DNA from: Dehalococcoidia bacterium
Lineage (GTDB): Bacteria > Chloroflexota > Dehalococcoidia > UBA2979
Direction: 5' to 3'
Assembly: GCA_019694855.1 (NCBI GenBank)
Contig: JAIBBD010000001.1
Coordinates: forward strand, 415 to 64,414
DNA: 64,000 bases
A model generated the notes under the pieces. It did no database searches and was not told where the DNA came from. It saw only the letters and a program-made list of their open reading frames with translations. Numbering within the stretch: the stretch's first letter is position 1; each line of letters begins with the position of its first letter. Positions 36,601 through 44,830 of this stretch are shown piece by piece. Position numbers and translations under genes: made by a program.

Positions 36601-36649
36601 GTGGTAGCGACGAGGGCGGGCGAAGCACTCGCCCGCCCTCCGCCGGCTT

Positions 36650-37960
36650 CTAGCCGAGGGCGTCCTCCAACGCGATCGCGGCGGCGAGTGCGACGTGATC
36701 CTCCCACGGGCGCGCCGCGAGCTGGACTCCGATGGGGAGGCCCTCGGAAGAGCGGCCGAAGGGAACCACGGCCGCGGGCTGCCTCGTGAGGCTGTAGGGG
36801 AGCGTGTAGACGTACTGCTCGCTGCCCCAGCCCTCGAGGGGCGGCGCCGGCCTAGCGGCAACCGGCGACAGCAACACGTCGAAATCGCGCATGAAGCCGA
36901 GCAGGTCTCGAGTGAAGCGCTCCCACTCGAAGAGCAGGCGGTCGACGGCCTCGGCGTCGCGAGTGGGCGCGAAGGCGGGACGCCAGCCGGAGAACGACGT
37001 GGACTGGAGGCGCGCCCAGTACCCCTCGGTGATGGCGGAGGCCTCCTCGAGGCGGGGCGGCGCGACCTCGCTGACGTGCGCGCCGGCGGCGGCGAGGTCG
37101 CGTGCGGCCGCCTCGAGGGTCGCGACCGTGGCGGCGTCCGGCTCGGCGCCGGGGAAGGCGACGTACCAGCCGACGCGCAGTCGGCGGAGGTCAACGGTTT
37201 CGGGGTTCTGCAGGGGGACGGGTGCGACGCCGGGGTCGACTCCGTCGGGGCCTGCGATCACCTCGAGGGCGAGCGCGAGGTCGCAGGCGGAGCGGGCCAT
37301 CGGGCCGATGGTCGTGCGCGGGTCGCTCAAGTGGCCGATGCGGGGGAAGTGCCCCGTGTTCGGCACGAGGCCGGTGGTTGGCTTGAGGGCGAAGACACCG
37401 CAGCAGTGGGCGGGCCAGCGGATGCTTCCTCCGGAATCGCTCGCGAGGCCGAGCGGGCTCATGCCGGATGCAACGGCGACCGCATCGCCGCTGCTGCTTG
37501 CGCCCGGCGTGCGGTTGGGGTGGGTCGGGTGCCTCGGCGCCGGGTACACCGGCGCGCCGTCGCCGACGTTCGACTTGCCGAGGAGGATCGCGCCTGCCGC
37601 GCGAAGGCGGGTGACCACGGTCGCGTCACGCTTCGGGACGTAGTTCGCGCGCTCCGGGACGCCGGCGGCGCAGACCAGGTCGTGAGTCTCGATCCAGTCC
37701 TTCGCGGTGAAGGGGATGCCGTAGAGCGGCATCCCCTCGCGCTCCTCCGGGCTCAGGGTTTCGAGGCGGCGGGCGTCCTCGAGGACATGGTCTGAGCGCT
37801 GGACGAGGGCATTGAGCTCCGGATTGAGGGCGTCGATACGGGCGAGGTGGGCGACGACTACCTCGGACGGTGAGAGCTCACCGGCCCGAAGCAGCGCAGC
37901 GAGACGGTGCAACGGGAGAGCGCAGAGGTCGTCGGAGAGCGGCATGGCGGCAGTATGCAC
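36650..37960 (-). CDS. amidase (amidase-signature family)
   Basis: GGSSSGDAVAVASG...SDSGGSIRWPA, the amidase-signature Ser-cisSer-Lys region; 436 aa. Confidence 0.75.
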   Translation of the reverse strand: MHTAAMPLSDDLCALPLHRLAALLRAGELSPSEVVVAHLARIDALNPELNALVQRSDHVLEDARRLETLSPEEREGMPLYGIPFTAKDWIETHDLVCAAGVPERANYVPKRDATVVTRLRAAGAILLGKSNVGDGAPVYPAPRHPTHPNRTPGASSSGDAVAVASGMSPLGLASDSGGSIRWPAHCCGVFALKPTTGLVPNTGHFPRIGHLSDPRTTIGPMARSACDLALALEVIAGPDGVDPGVAPVPLQNPETVDLRRLRVGWYVAFPGAEPDAATVATLEAAARDLAAAGAHVSEVAPPRLEEASAITEGYWARLQSTSFSGWRPAFAPTRDAEAVDRLLFEWERFTRDLLGFMRDFDVLLSPVAARPAPPLEGWGSEQYVYTLPYSLTRQPAAVVPFGRSSEGLPIGVQLAARPWEDHVALAAAIALEDALG

Positions 37961-38031
37961 TGCCCCGAGGGCGCGGTAACCGGCTGAGAACGCTGTGGTA
38001 GAGTCGCGGCGCTACTCGGAGGAGGCTCTCG

Positions 38032-39120
38032 ATGCGTGTGCTCGTGATGGGCGGGACGAGGTTCAACGGGCTGGCGCTCGTGCGGGAGCTGGCCCGGCAC
38101 GGACACGACGTGACGGTGCTCAACCGGGGCCAGACGCCGGTCGACCTGCCTCGAGGGGTGCGGCGGCTGTTCGGCGACCGCACCGACCACGAGGGGTTGA
38201 AGGAAGTGCTGCGCCACGAGGAGTTCGACGTGGTGCAGGACATCAACGGGTACTCGGTCGCGGACGTGCAGCCGATGATCGAGCTGTTCCGCGGCCGGGT
38301 GGCGCACTACATCTTCGCGAGCTCGACCGTGATCTACGCGCCGTCGCACGTGCTGCCGATGCACGAGTGGGCGCCGGTCGACCGCGGACCTCGACAGTCT
38401 GAGTACGGGATGAACAAACTGCTGGTGGAAGACCTGCTGTTCGCGGAGCACCGCGCGAACGGCTTTCCAGCGACGACGGTCGCGTTCTCGATGGTCTTCG
38501 GGCCCAACAACATCATCCCGGAGCGTGAGCAGCGGATGTTCAGTCGGCTGCTGTCCGGGCGGCCCGTGCTCATTCCCGGGGACGGGACGACCCTCGGGCA
38601 GGTGGGGCATGTCGACGACGAAGCGCGGGCGCTGCGGATGGTGATGTGCCAGCCGCAGACGTTCGGGAAGCGCTACAACCTGACCGGCAAGGAGTACTAC
38701 AGCGACGAGGGGTACGTGGACACGTTTGCCGAGGTGCTGGGCGTCACGCCTCGGAAGGTGCATATTCCCGCGGCGGTGATGGACGACATCTATGGCGATC
38801 GGATCGCGCTCGAGGGGAGCACGATCGCGTCGAACATCGAGACGCGGACGGCGCCGCCGCGTCCGGGGTCGAACCTCGGCATGGTGCAGAGCCTGATCCA
38901 GCGGCTCGCGCCGAACCTGCACCACTGGAATCGGAGCGTGCTGTTCGGCATCGACCGGCTGCGGCAGGACGTCGGCTGGGAGCCGGAGTACACATTCCCG
39001 GCGATGGTGGAGCAGACGTACGAGTGGTACCGCCGCGAAGGACTCCACGAGTCCCGGCAGTTCGACTTCAGCTGGGAGGACCGGCTGCTCGAACGCCTTG
39101 GCGCCGAGGCCGGGGGTTAA
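38032..39120 (+). CDS. NAD-dependent epimerase/dehydratase family protein
   Basis: MRVLVMGGTRFNGLALVRELARHGHDVTVLNRG, a Rossmann GxxGxxG N-terminus typical of the extended short-chain dehydrogenase/reductase (SDR) family. Confidence 0.75.
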   Translation: MRVLVMGGTRFNGLALVRELARHGHDVTVLNRGQTPVDLPRGVRRLFGDRTDHEGLKEVLRHEEFDVVQDINGYSVADVQPMIELFRGRVAHYIFASSTVIYAPSHVLPMHEWAPVDRGPRQSEYGMNKLLVEDLLFAEHRANGFPATTVAFSMVFGPNNIIPEREQRMFSRLLSGRPVLIPGDGTTLGQVGHVDDEARALRMVMCQPQTFGKRYNLTGKEYYSDEGYVDTFAEVLGVTPRKVHIPAAVMDDIYGDRIALEGSTIASNIETRTAPPRPGSNLGMVQSLIQRLAPNLHHWNRSVLFGIDRLRQDVGWEPEYTFPAMVEQTYEWYRREGLHESRQFDFSWEDRLLERLGAEAGG

Positions 39121-39134
39121 GCCCGAGGGTCCCG

Positions 39135-40406
39135 CTACACCACGCCGGCGGTGCGCAGGCGCTCGAACTCCTCGGGGGTGACGCCTGCCTCGGCGAGGAC
39201 CTCGGCGGTGTGCTCGCCGACGAGCGGCGGACGTCGCGAGATGGCCCAGGGCGAAGCCGCGAAGCCGTAGGGCGCGCCGGGATAGCGGAACGTCTGGCCG
39301 AGCTCGGGATGTTCGACGGGGACCTGGAATCCACGCGCGACGAAGTGGGGATCCTCAAAGACCTCGTCGGGTGAGTAGATGATCCCGCACTGAAAGCCGC
39401 GGGTCTGAGTGCCCACGAAGAAGTCGTACGAGTCAATCTGTTCGGCGATGAAATTGAGCGCATCGCGGACGGCGCCGTAGATGGCGGCCTCCTCGCCGCC
39501 CTCGGCGACGGCGGCGATCGTGATGTTGTGGTCGAGGTTCGCGCCCGCCTCGAGGAGCGGCCAGTCGGTGAAGGCGTCGCGCAGGGCGAGGTCGTCGAGC
39601 CAGGCGAGGATCGAGGCGATCTCGCGGGGCCGCCTCGGGGCAACGCCGGTGGTCACATAGCGGCCGTCCTTCGCGAGGATCTGCAGCGGCGAGGACGGCA
39701 CGACGGTGGCGTGGCGGCCGGTCTGGCGCTGCACGGTCTGACGCGCCACGAGCCAGGTGTACGAGGAGGCCTCGGTAGTTACGTTCGCGCCGGCGTGCAT
39801 GTTCGCGTCGACGTGCTGGCCTTCGCCGGTCCAGTCGCGGTGGAGGACCGCGACCAGGGCGGTGGCTACGGCCCAGTGACAGGCGGTCTGGTAACCCTGG
39901 TTGCCAAGCCCTCGGACGGGCGGCAGTGAGTGGTCGTCGTAGCCGTTCGACCATTCCGGGCCGCCGGCGAGGACGGTGAGATCGGTCGCCACCCAGTCCG
40001 ACTTGGGACCGCTGCGGCCGTAAGGGGTGATCGAGACCATGATGAGGCCGGGGTTGAGCGCCGACAGGTCGGGGTAGTCGAGGCCGAGCTCGGCCATCTG
40101 GCCGGGCGACTGATCTTCGAGGACGATTGCCGCGCCGGCTGCCAGGCGGCGGAAGACCTCGCGGCCGGCTTCCTGCTCGAGATCCAGGGTGATGGCGCGC
40201 TTGCTGGTGTTGTTGTGCCAGAAGGCGAGGCTGCGGTCGGGGTGGGGCTCGTCGCCGAGGAACGGCGGGTAGCCGCGGACGCGGCTGCCCCCGGGCGGTT
40301 CGACCTTTACGACATCGGCGCCCATGTCGGCGAACAACTTGCCCGCCCAGGCGCCGGCCTCGTCGCAGTACTCGATGACGCGGAGGTCGGTCAGCGGCCC
40401 GGTCAT
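39135..40406 (-). CDS. CoA-transferase family III (CaiB/BaiF)
   Basis: N-terminus LRVIEYCDEAGAWAGKLFADMGADVVKVEPPGG, characteristic of family III CoA-transferases. Confidence 0.75.
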   Translation of the reverse strand: MTGPLTDLRVIEYCDEAGAWAGKLFADMGADVVKVEPPGGSRVRGYPPFLGDEPHPDRSLAFWHNNTSKRAITLDLEQEAGREVFRRLAAGAAIVLEDQSPGQMAELGLDYPDLSALNPGLIMVSITPYGRSGPKSDWVATDLTVLAGGPEWSNGYDDHSLPPVRGLGNQGYQTACHWAVATALVAVLHRDWTGEGQHVDANMHAGANVTTEASSYTWLVARQTVQRQTGRHATVVPSSPLQILAKDGRYVTTGVAPRRPREIASILAWLDDLALRDAFTDWPLLEAGANLDHNITIAAVAEGGEEAAIYGAVRDALNFIAEQIDSYDFFVGTQTRGFQCGIIYSPDEVFEDPHFVARGFQVPVEHPELGQTFRYPGAPYGFAASPWAISRRPPLVGEHTAEVLAEAGVTPEEFERLRTAGVV

Positions 40407-41635
40407 ATCACCCCCTCCGCCTGCAGCTGGTCGATCTCGTCGTCGCTCATTCCGAGCAGCCCGCCGTAGACCTCACGGTTGTGCTCTCCGAGGCAGGGCG
40501 CGGCACGGTCCAGCGACCAGTCGGTTTTCGAGAGGTGGGCGGCCATGCCCTCGACGCGGACATGGCCCATCTCGGTGTGTTTGACCTCGGGCCAGAGGCC
40601 CCACGCCGCGGTGTTGGGGTCCTGGTCGATGCGCTGCTCGGGGCGCTGCACCGGGGCGGCGGGGACGCCCGCGGCCTGGAGGCGTTCGGCGACCTCGTCT
40701 TCGTCGAAGAGCCGCGTCCAGCGGGACATGAGCTCGTCGAGCGCGGGCTGATTGGCGAGCCGGCCCTCGAGGGTGGCGAAACGCGCGTCATGCACCCAGA
40801 GCTCGGCGATCTCTTCTGCGATGGCCTGCCAGTCGGCATCGTCGCGGCAGGCGATGGCGACCCAGTGGTCCTCATCACGTGCGGGGTAGATGCCGTGCGG
40901 GGCCATGGGCGGGGAGTCCGAATGGTTGGCGTCCGGGTATCCGTCGCGGCGGGCGGGGCGACCGTTGACGGTCCAGTCCAGGATGGCCGTGCCCGTGAGG
41001 CTCGCCGCCGCCTCGGTCATCGAAAGGTCGATCCACTGGCCCTCGCCGGTGCGGTTGCGGTGGTGGAGCGCCGCGAGCATCGCGATGGCGCCGTAGTAGG
41101 CGCCCGTGTGATCCATGTACGAGTAGCCCCAACCGGCGGGCGGCAGGCCCGGAAGGCCCGAGATGTGCGTGAGGCCGCTCACCGCCTGCACGATCGGGCC
41201 CCAGGTCTTGAACGACACGTAGGGGCCGGAGGCGCCGAAGCCGCAGTTCGAGAGGTAGATGATGTCCGGCTTGATCTCGCGCAGACGGTCGTAACCGAAG
41301 CCAAGGCGTTCCATGACGCCGGCGGCGAAGTTCTCGGCGACGACATCGGAGATCGCGATGAGGCGCGGAAGGATCGCGCGCCCCTTCTCGGTCTGAAGGT
41401 TGAGGGTGACGCCGAGCTTGCCGGCGTTGTGGTTGTTGAAGCCGCCGCCGAGGTTGTGTCCTCGGCGCTCGTCGATGTAGGGCGGCGAGCCGCGGACGAC
41501 GTCCCACGCCCCGAGGTTGGAGGGGTTCTCGACACGGATGACCTCGGCGCCGAAGGCCGCGAGGATTTTGCTCGCGCCGGCCCCGGCGAGGACTCCCGAG
41601 AAGTCAGTGATGCGGATGCGTTCGAGTGCCTTCAC
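40403..41635 (-). CDS. CoA-transferase family III (CaiB/BaiF), second copy
   Basis: ITDFSGVLAGAGASKILAAFGAEVIRVENPS. The stop overlaps the downstream paralog's start by 4 nt. Confidence 0.75.
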   Translation of the reverse strand: MKALERIRITDFSGVLAGAGASKILAAFGAEVIRVENPSNLGAWDVVRGSPPYIDERRGHNLGGGFNNHNAGKLGVTLNLQTEKGRAILPRLIAISDVVAENFAAGVMERLGFGYDRLREIKPDIIYLSNCGFGASGPYVSFKTWGPIVQAVSGLTHISGLPGLPPAGWGYSYMDHTGAYYGAIAMLAALHHRNRTGEGQWIDLSMTEAAASLTGTAILDWTVNGRPARRDGYPDANHSDSPPMAPHGIYPARDEDHWVAIACRDDADWQAIAEEIAELWVHDARFATLEGRLANQPALDELMSRWTRLFDEDEVAERLQAAGVPAAPVQRPEQRIDQDPNTAAWGLWPEVKHTEMGHVRVEGMAAHLSKTDWSLDRAAPCLGEHNREVYGGLLGMSDDEIDQLQAEGVI

Positions 41636-41787
41636 GGTTGCCTCCCGAGCATCGATGTGGGCGGCAGCATACCGAACGCGCCGCGATGGTGCGCGGCGCC
41701 GTACTCGCCTCGCGGGCGATCACGGCGGACGTCGAGGACGGCCACGCGTGCGCTCTCGAGACGGGTGTCTTCGACGGGGACGACGGT

Positions 41788-41812
41788 GGAGCCCGTCCGC
41801 CGGACGGGCTCC
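41788..41812. terminator. intrinsic terminator hairpin (GGAGCCCGTCCG/CGGACGGGCTCC)
   Basis: Near-perfect 11-12-bp inverted repeat immediately downstream of the minus-strand membrane-protein gene. Confidence 0.35.
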
Positions 41813-41834
41813 GGAGGAACTCCCGGCGGCCTGG

Positions 41835-42323
41835 CTAGGCGCCCTGACCGCGCTCGGTCATGTCGCTGGCCTTGGCGCGGATCTCGCTCCACATCGGCAC
41901 GACCGCGCCGGCGGTGAACGCCGCAGCCCCGACCACCGTGAGCCACAGGCCCCAGCCGATGCCAACGCCGTCCGTGCCCATGATGTCGAGGAAATCGAGT
42001 AGGACGAGGAGATCGATGATCAGTGCGGCGGCGACGAGCCCCCACATCAACATGCGCTCCTCAATGCGAACGTTGAGGAACGCGTAGGCGACGATGGCGG
42101 CGGCGGCCGCCAGCGCGATGATGAAGACGATGTCGCCCTTGTGATCCATTCCGTTCGTCGAGGCGCTGATTCCGAGCACCTTGATCGAAACGGTGGCCCA
42201 GGGCCCGAAGACGCCGATGACCATGAGGAGCAGGCCCGCGAGCGTGCCCCATTGCACGGGCTCATGCACGTAGCGCTGACGAAGCCGGTCTGTGTACTGC
42301 TGCATCGAGGCCTCCTCTGGCAT
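41835..42323 (-). CDS. hypothetical 4-TM membrane protein
   Basis: 162 aa with four hydrophobic helices. No conserved motif recognized. Confidence 0.35.
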   Translation of the reverse strand: MPEEASMQQYTDRLRQRYVHEPVQWGTLAGLLLMVIGVFGPWATVSIKVLGISASTNGMDHKGDIVFIIALAAAAAIVAYAFLNVRIEERMLMWGLVAAALIIDLLVLLDFLDIMGTDGVGIGWGLWLTVVGAAAFTAGAVVPMWSEIRAKASDMTERGQGA

Positions 42324-42449
42324 CGCTCCATGCCCGCCGCTGTATGCGCGGATTGTACAGACGTGATGCCCTGTTGTGAGGGCCGACCGCCTATCCTTAG
42401 GAGGCGAGTATTGACCTCGCCAGCCGCTCCTTAGTCAGCTGGTATCACC

Positions 42450-43739
42450 GTGCGACCATCCGGCAACCTCGACGGCAACGGCCCTCTCTACCGGCCTGTG
42501 TCGCGGCGCGGCTTTCTCGAGGCAGCGACCACGATCGCGGTCGCGGCGCCGTTGCTGGCACACCCGATCATCCCTGGAGTTCGGAATCTCGATATGGACG
42601 GCGATCCCCGCCTGCGGGCTGAGGCACGACTGCCCCTCGAAGGGTTCCTCGAGCACTACGCGGGGTTGATCCGCGAGCGACGGATCCGCATCGGCTGCTC
42701 CTTCTCCCCCGAATCGCTCGGGGTCGACGGGCCACGGGTCGGCGAACGCGGCAAGGCACGCGCGCTGCGCGTGCTGCAGGCGGCCGTCGAAGACCTCGGC
42801 ATGGCCGATATTCGCCTCGGGCTGCGGTGGAGCAACCTCGCGCCGAACGGCGCCGACCTAACGACGTTCTATGCGCCGTACCTCGACTACTGCTTCCGGA
42901 ATGCCTCGGTGCGTACCGTCGCGCTGGACTTCGGGCCGCTGAAGACGTTCCGCTGGCCGGAGATCCACGTGCCCCAGCCGGTCCTCGACGGTCTCGACTC
43001 GGTGCCCGGGGATACGGCGGAGATCCGGCCGCAGATGGCAGTCGCGCAGCGCGGCCTCGAGCACCTCGGACGGGCGGTGGCGTTCGTGGGGCAGGAGTAC
43101 GACGGCGCGAAGCCGGTGACGATCAGCCTCAACGAGCCGTTTCACGGGTTCGGCCGCTTCAGCTGGACGATGAGTGAGGCGTATCTCCTCGAGGTGCTCG
43201 ACGTCGTGCTCGGCTCGGGCCATTTCGCCGATGCGGGCGTGCTGGTGAATTCGGCGCAGGGGCTTGACCTGCATCGCATTGCCGCGTTCTTTCAGCAGCT
43301 CGTGCGTCAGCGGCCGGAGCTGCGCGGACGGCTCACGAGCGGCTTCGACATCTATCCGTTCCTGCCTCCGATGTCTCACTTCCCCGTCCTCAAGCAACTG
43401 CTTGGGAATATCCGTGCCCACAAGCGCGACTGGTCACAGCAGGTTGGGCCGAACCTCGAATGGGCGCACGATCCCGAGGCCGGCTATCGCATCGAAGTGA
43501 CGGAAGCCCAGGCAGAGCCATTCGGCGACCACCCGCTGGTCGGTAACTCGTTGCCGCATTTCCAGCACGTCCTCGCGGAGTGCTTCGACAAGATTCTCGA
43601 CCCAGACCAGGACGAATCGCTGATCCGTCTCTTTGGCATCGAGTACCAACTACGACTGCAGCTGTCCGGGCGCGCCGCGCCGGACAACCTCGCGATCCTC
43701 GAGTTGACGCGGCGGATCAACGAGCTCGGGGCGAGGTAG
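42450..43739 (+). CDS. TAT-secreted protein, possible TIM-barrel glycoside-hydrolase-like (GH5-like NEP motif)
   Basis: Twin-arginine signal SRRGFLEAATTIAVAAPLLA; ISLNEPFHG resembles the GH5 acid/base NEP motif. Otherwise unassigned. Confidence 0.35.
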   Translation: MRPSGNLDGNGPLYRPVSRRGFLEAATTIAVAAPLLAHPIIPGVRNLDMDGDPRLRAEARLPLEGFLEHYAGLIRERRIRIGCSFSPESLGVDGPRVGERGKARALRVLQAAVEDLGMADIRLGLRWSNLAPNGADLTTFYAPYLDYCFRNASVRTVALDFGPLKTFRWPEIHVPQPVLDGLDSVPGDTAEIRPQMAVAQRGLEHLGRAVAFVGQEYDGAKPVTISLNEPFHGFGRFSWTMSEAYLLEVLDVVLGSGHFADAGVLVNSAQGLDLHRIAAFFQQLVRQRPELRGRLTSGFDIYPFLPPMSHFPVLKQLLGNIRAHKRDWSQQVGPNLEWAHDPEAGYRIEVTEAQAEPFGDHPLVGNSLPHFQHVLAECFDKILDPDQDESLIRLFGIEYQLRLQLSGRAAPDNLAILELTRRINELGAR

Positions 43740-43762
43740 AGCCGAGCCTTCGCTCACCGCCA

Positions 43763-44674
43763 CTACCGCGTCTCGCGGACGATCTGGATGAGGACGCCGC
43801 CGGCCTTCTCCGGGTGAATCCAGGCAAAGTCCTCGTCGACGTCGCCGACGATCTCGAGGCCGCGGTCGCGGACGAAGTCGGCGGCGGCGCGCACGTCACG
43901 GGTCGCGAGGGCGAGGTGGTGCATCGTGCCGTTGCTGCGTCCGCCGTAGCGTTCGAGGAAGCGGGCGGTGCCGCTGCCGGCGCGCTGGGGGAGCACGGCA
44001 ACGATCTCGCCGCCGTCGCGACCGATCGGGATGTTGAGGACGCGTACCCCATCGGACTCCACGAAGCGACCGCCCTGGTTGACCGGTGAGCGGAACGGGT
44101 CGACGCGGAAGCCCATGACGTTGCACCAGAGGTGGCGCGCGGCCTCGAGGTCGTTTGTGACGACTCCGATGTGGTGGAGGCGGGTGAAAACGCCCGCGCC
44201 CTGATAGCGGTCGCCCACGCGGTGGTTGTCCGGCGTCCAGATCTCGAGGAGGACGCCGAGGCAGTCCTTTGGGTGGAAGAACGCGACCTGCGTCCACGGC
44301 TCGTCGGAGGCGAGCTGCTCAGGGGACGCGGCGATCTGAGTGATGCCCGAGGCGCGGAGGTGCGCAACGTCCTCGGCGACGTTGTCGGAGTGCAGGCAGA
44401 TGTGGTGCAGGGCACCGACGCCACCGCGCGCCTCGACGAAGCGGTGGGTGCCGCCAGCGGGCGTGCCATCGCGCGGGGCGGCGTTCAGCTCGATCTCGGC
44501 GTTGCCGATCGGGATGTCGAGGATGTCGGTGGGGTCGGCGCCGCGCTGCTTGTTGCCCTCGGGGTAGGGCGAGCGGGTGGTGTCGACGCGCAGACCGAGC
44601 GCGTCGGCGAAGACGGCCTTGGCGGTGACGAGGTCGGCGACGGCGAGCCCGGCGTGGTGAATCCGATCGAACAA
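43763..44674 (-). CDS. VOC family protein (tandem glyoxalase/bleomycin-resistance/dioxygenase domains)
   Basis: Two repeats of the IHHAGLAV / LHHIGVVT beta-alpha-beta-beta-beta module. Confidence 0.6.
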   Translation of the reverse strand: MFDRIHHAGLAVADLVTAKAVFADALGLRVDTTRSPYPEGNKQRGADPTDILDIPIGNAEIELNAAPRDGTPAGGTHRFVEARGGVGALHHICLHSDNVAEDVAHLRASGITQIAASPEQLASDEPWTQVAFFHPKDCLGVLLEIWTPDNHRVGDRYQGAGVFTRLHHIGVVTNDLEAARHLWCNVMGFRVDPFRSPVNQGGRFVESDGVRVLNIPIGRDGGEIVAVLPQRAGSGTARFLERYGGRSNGTMHHLALATRDVRAAADFVRDRGLEIVGDVDEDFAWIHPEKAGGVLIQIVRETR

Positions 44675-44778
44675 GGTGCTGCTCCTGCCTCGATGCGTGG
44701 TGCTACGCGATCCGTGATGGCAGAGATGTACCAGCGGCCCTCGAAGCTGTCGAGCATGCGTCGCGGGGAGCGTGACAA

Positions 44779-44792
44779 GAACAGACGTACGT
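44779..44792. promoter_or_regulatory. candidate operator GAACAGACGTACGT upstream of the mrfA-like gene (contains the ACGTACGT palindrome and lies inside the AGAACA...TGTTCT inverted repeat)
   Basis: AT-rich element ~40 bp upstream of the mrfA-like start. 12/14 identity with the site at 29377-29390. Confidence 0.25.
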
Positions 44793-44830
44793 ACCTATAG
44801 TTCATGTGTTCTAACGATGGCGAGGAACAC

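Noticed and set aside
35509-37194. 561-aa minus-strand ORF
   Set aside because: Pro/Arg/Ser-rich; it lies antisense to the crotonase gene and out of frame with the amidase gene (same strand).
36650-37960. Amidase as GatA subunit of Glu-tRNA(Gln) amidotransferase
   Set aside because: There are no adjacent gatC/gatB, and it sits in a catabolic cluster with CoA-transferases. It is more likely a generic amidase-signature enzyme, though this cannot be excluded without a phylogeny.
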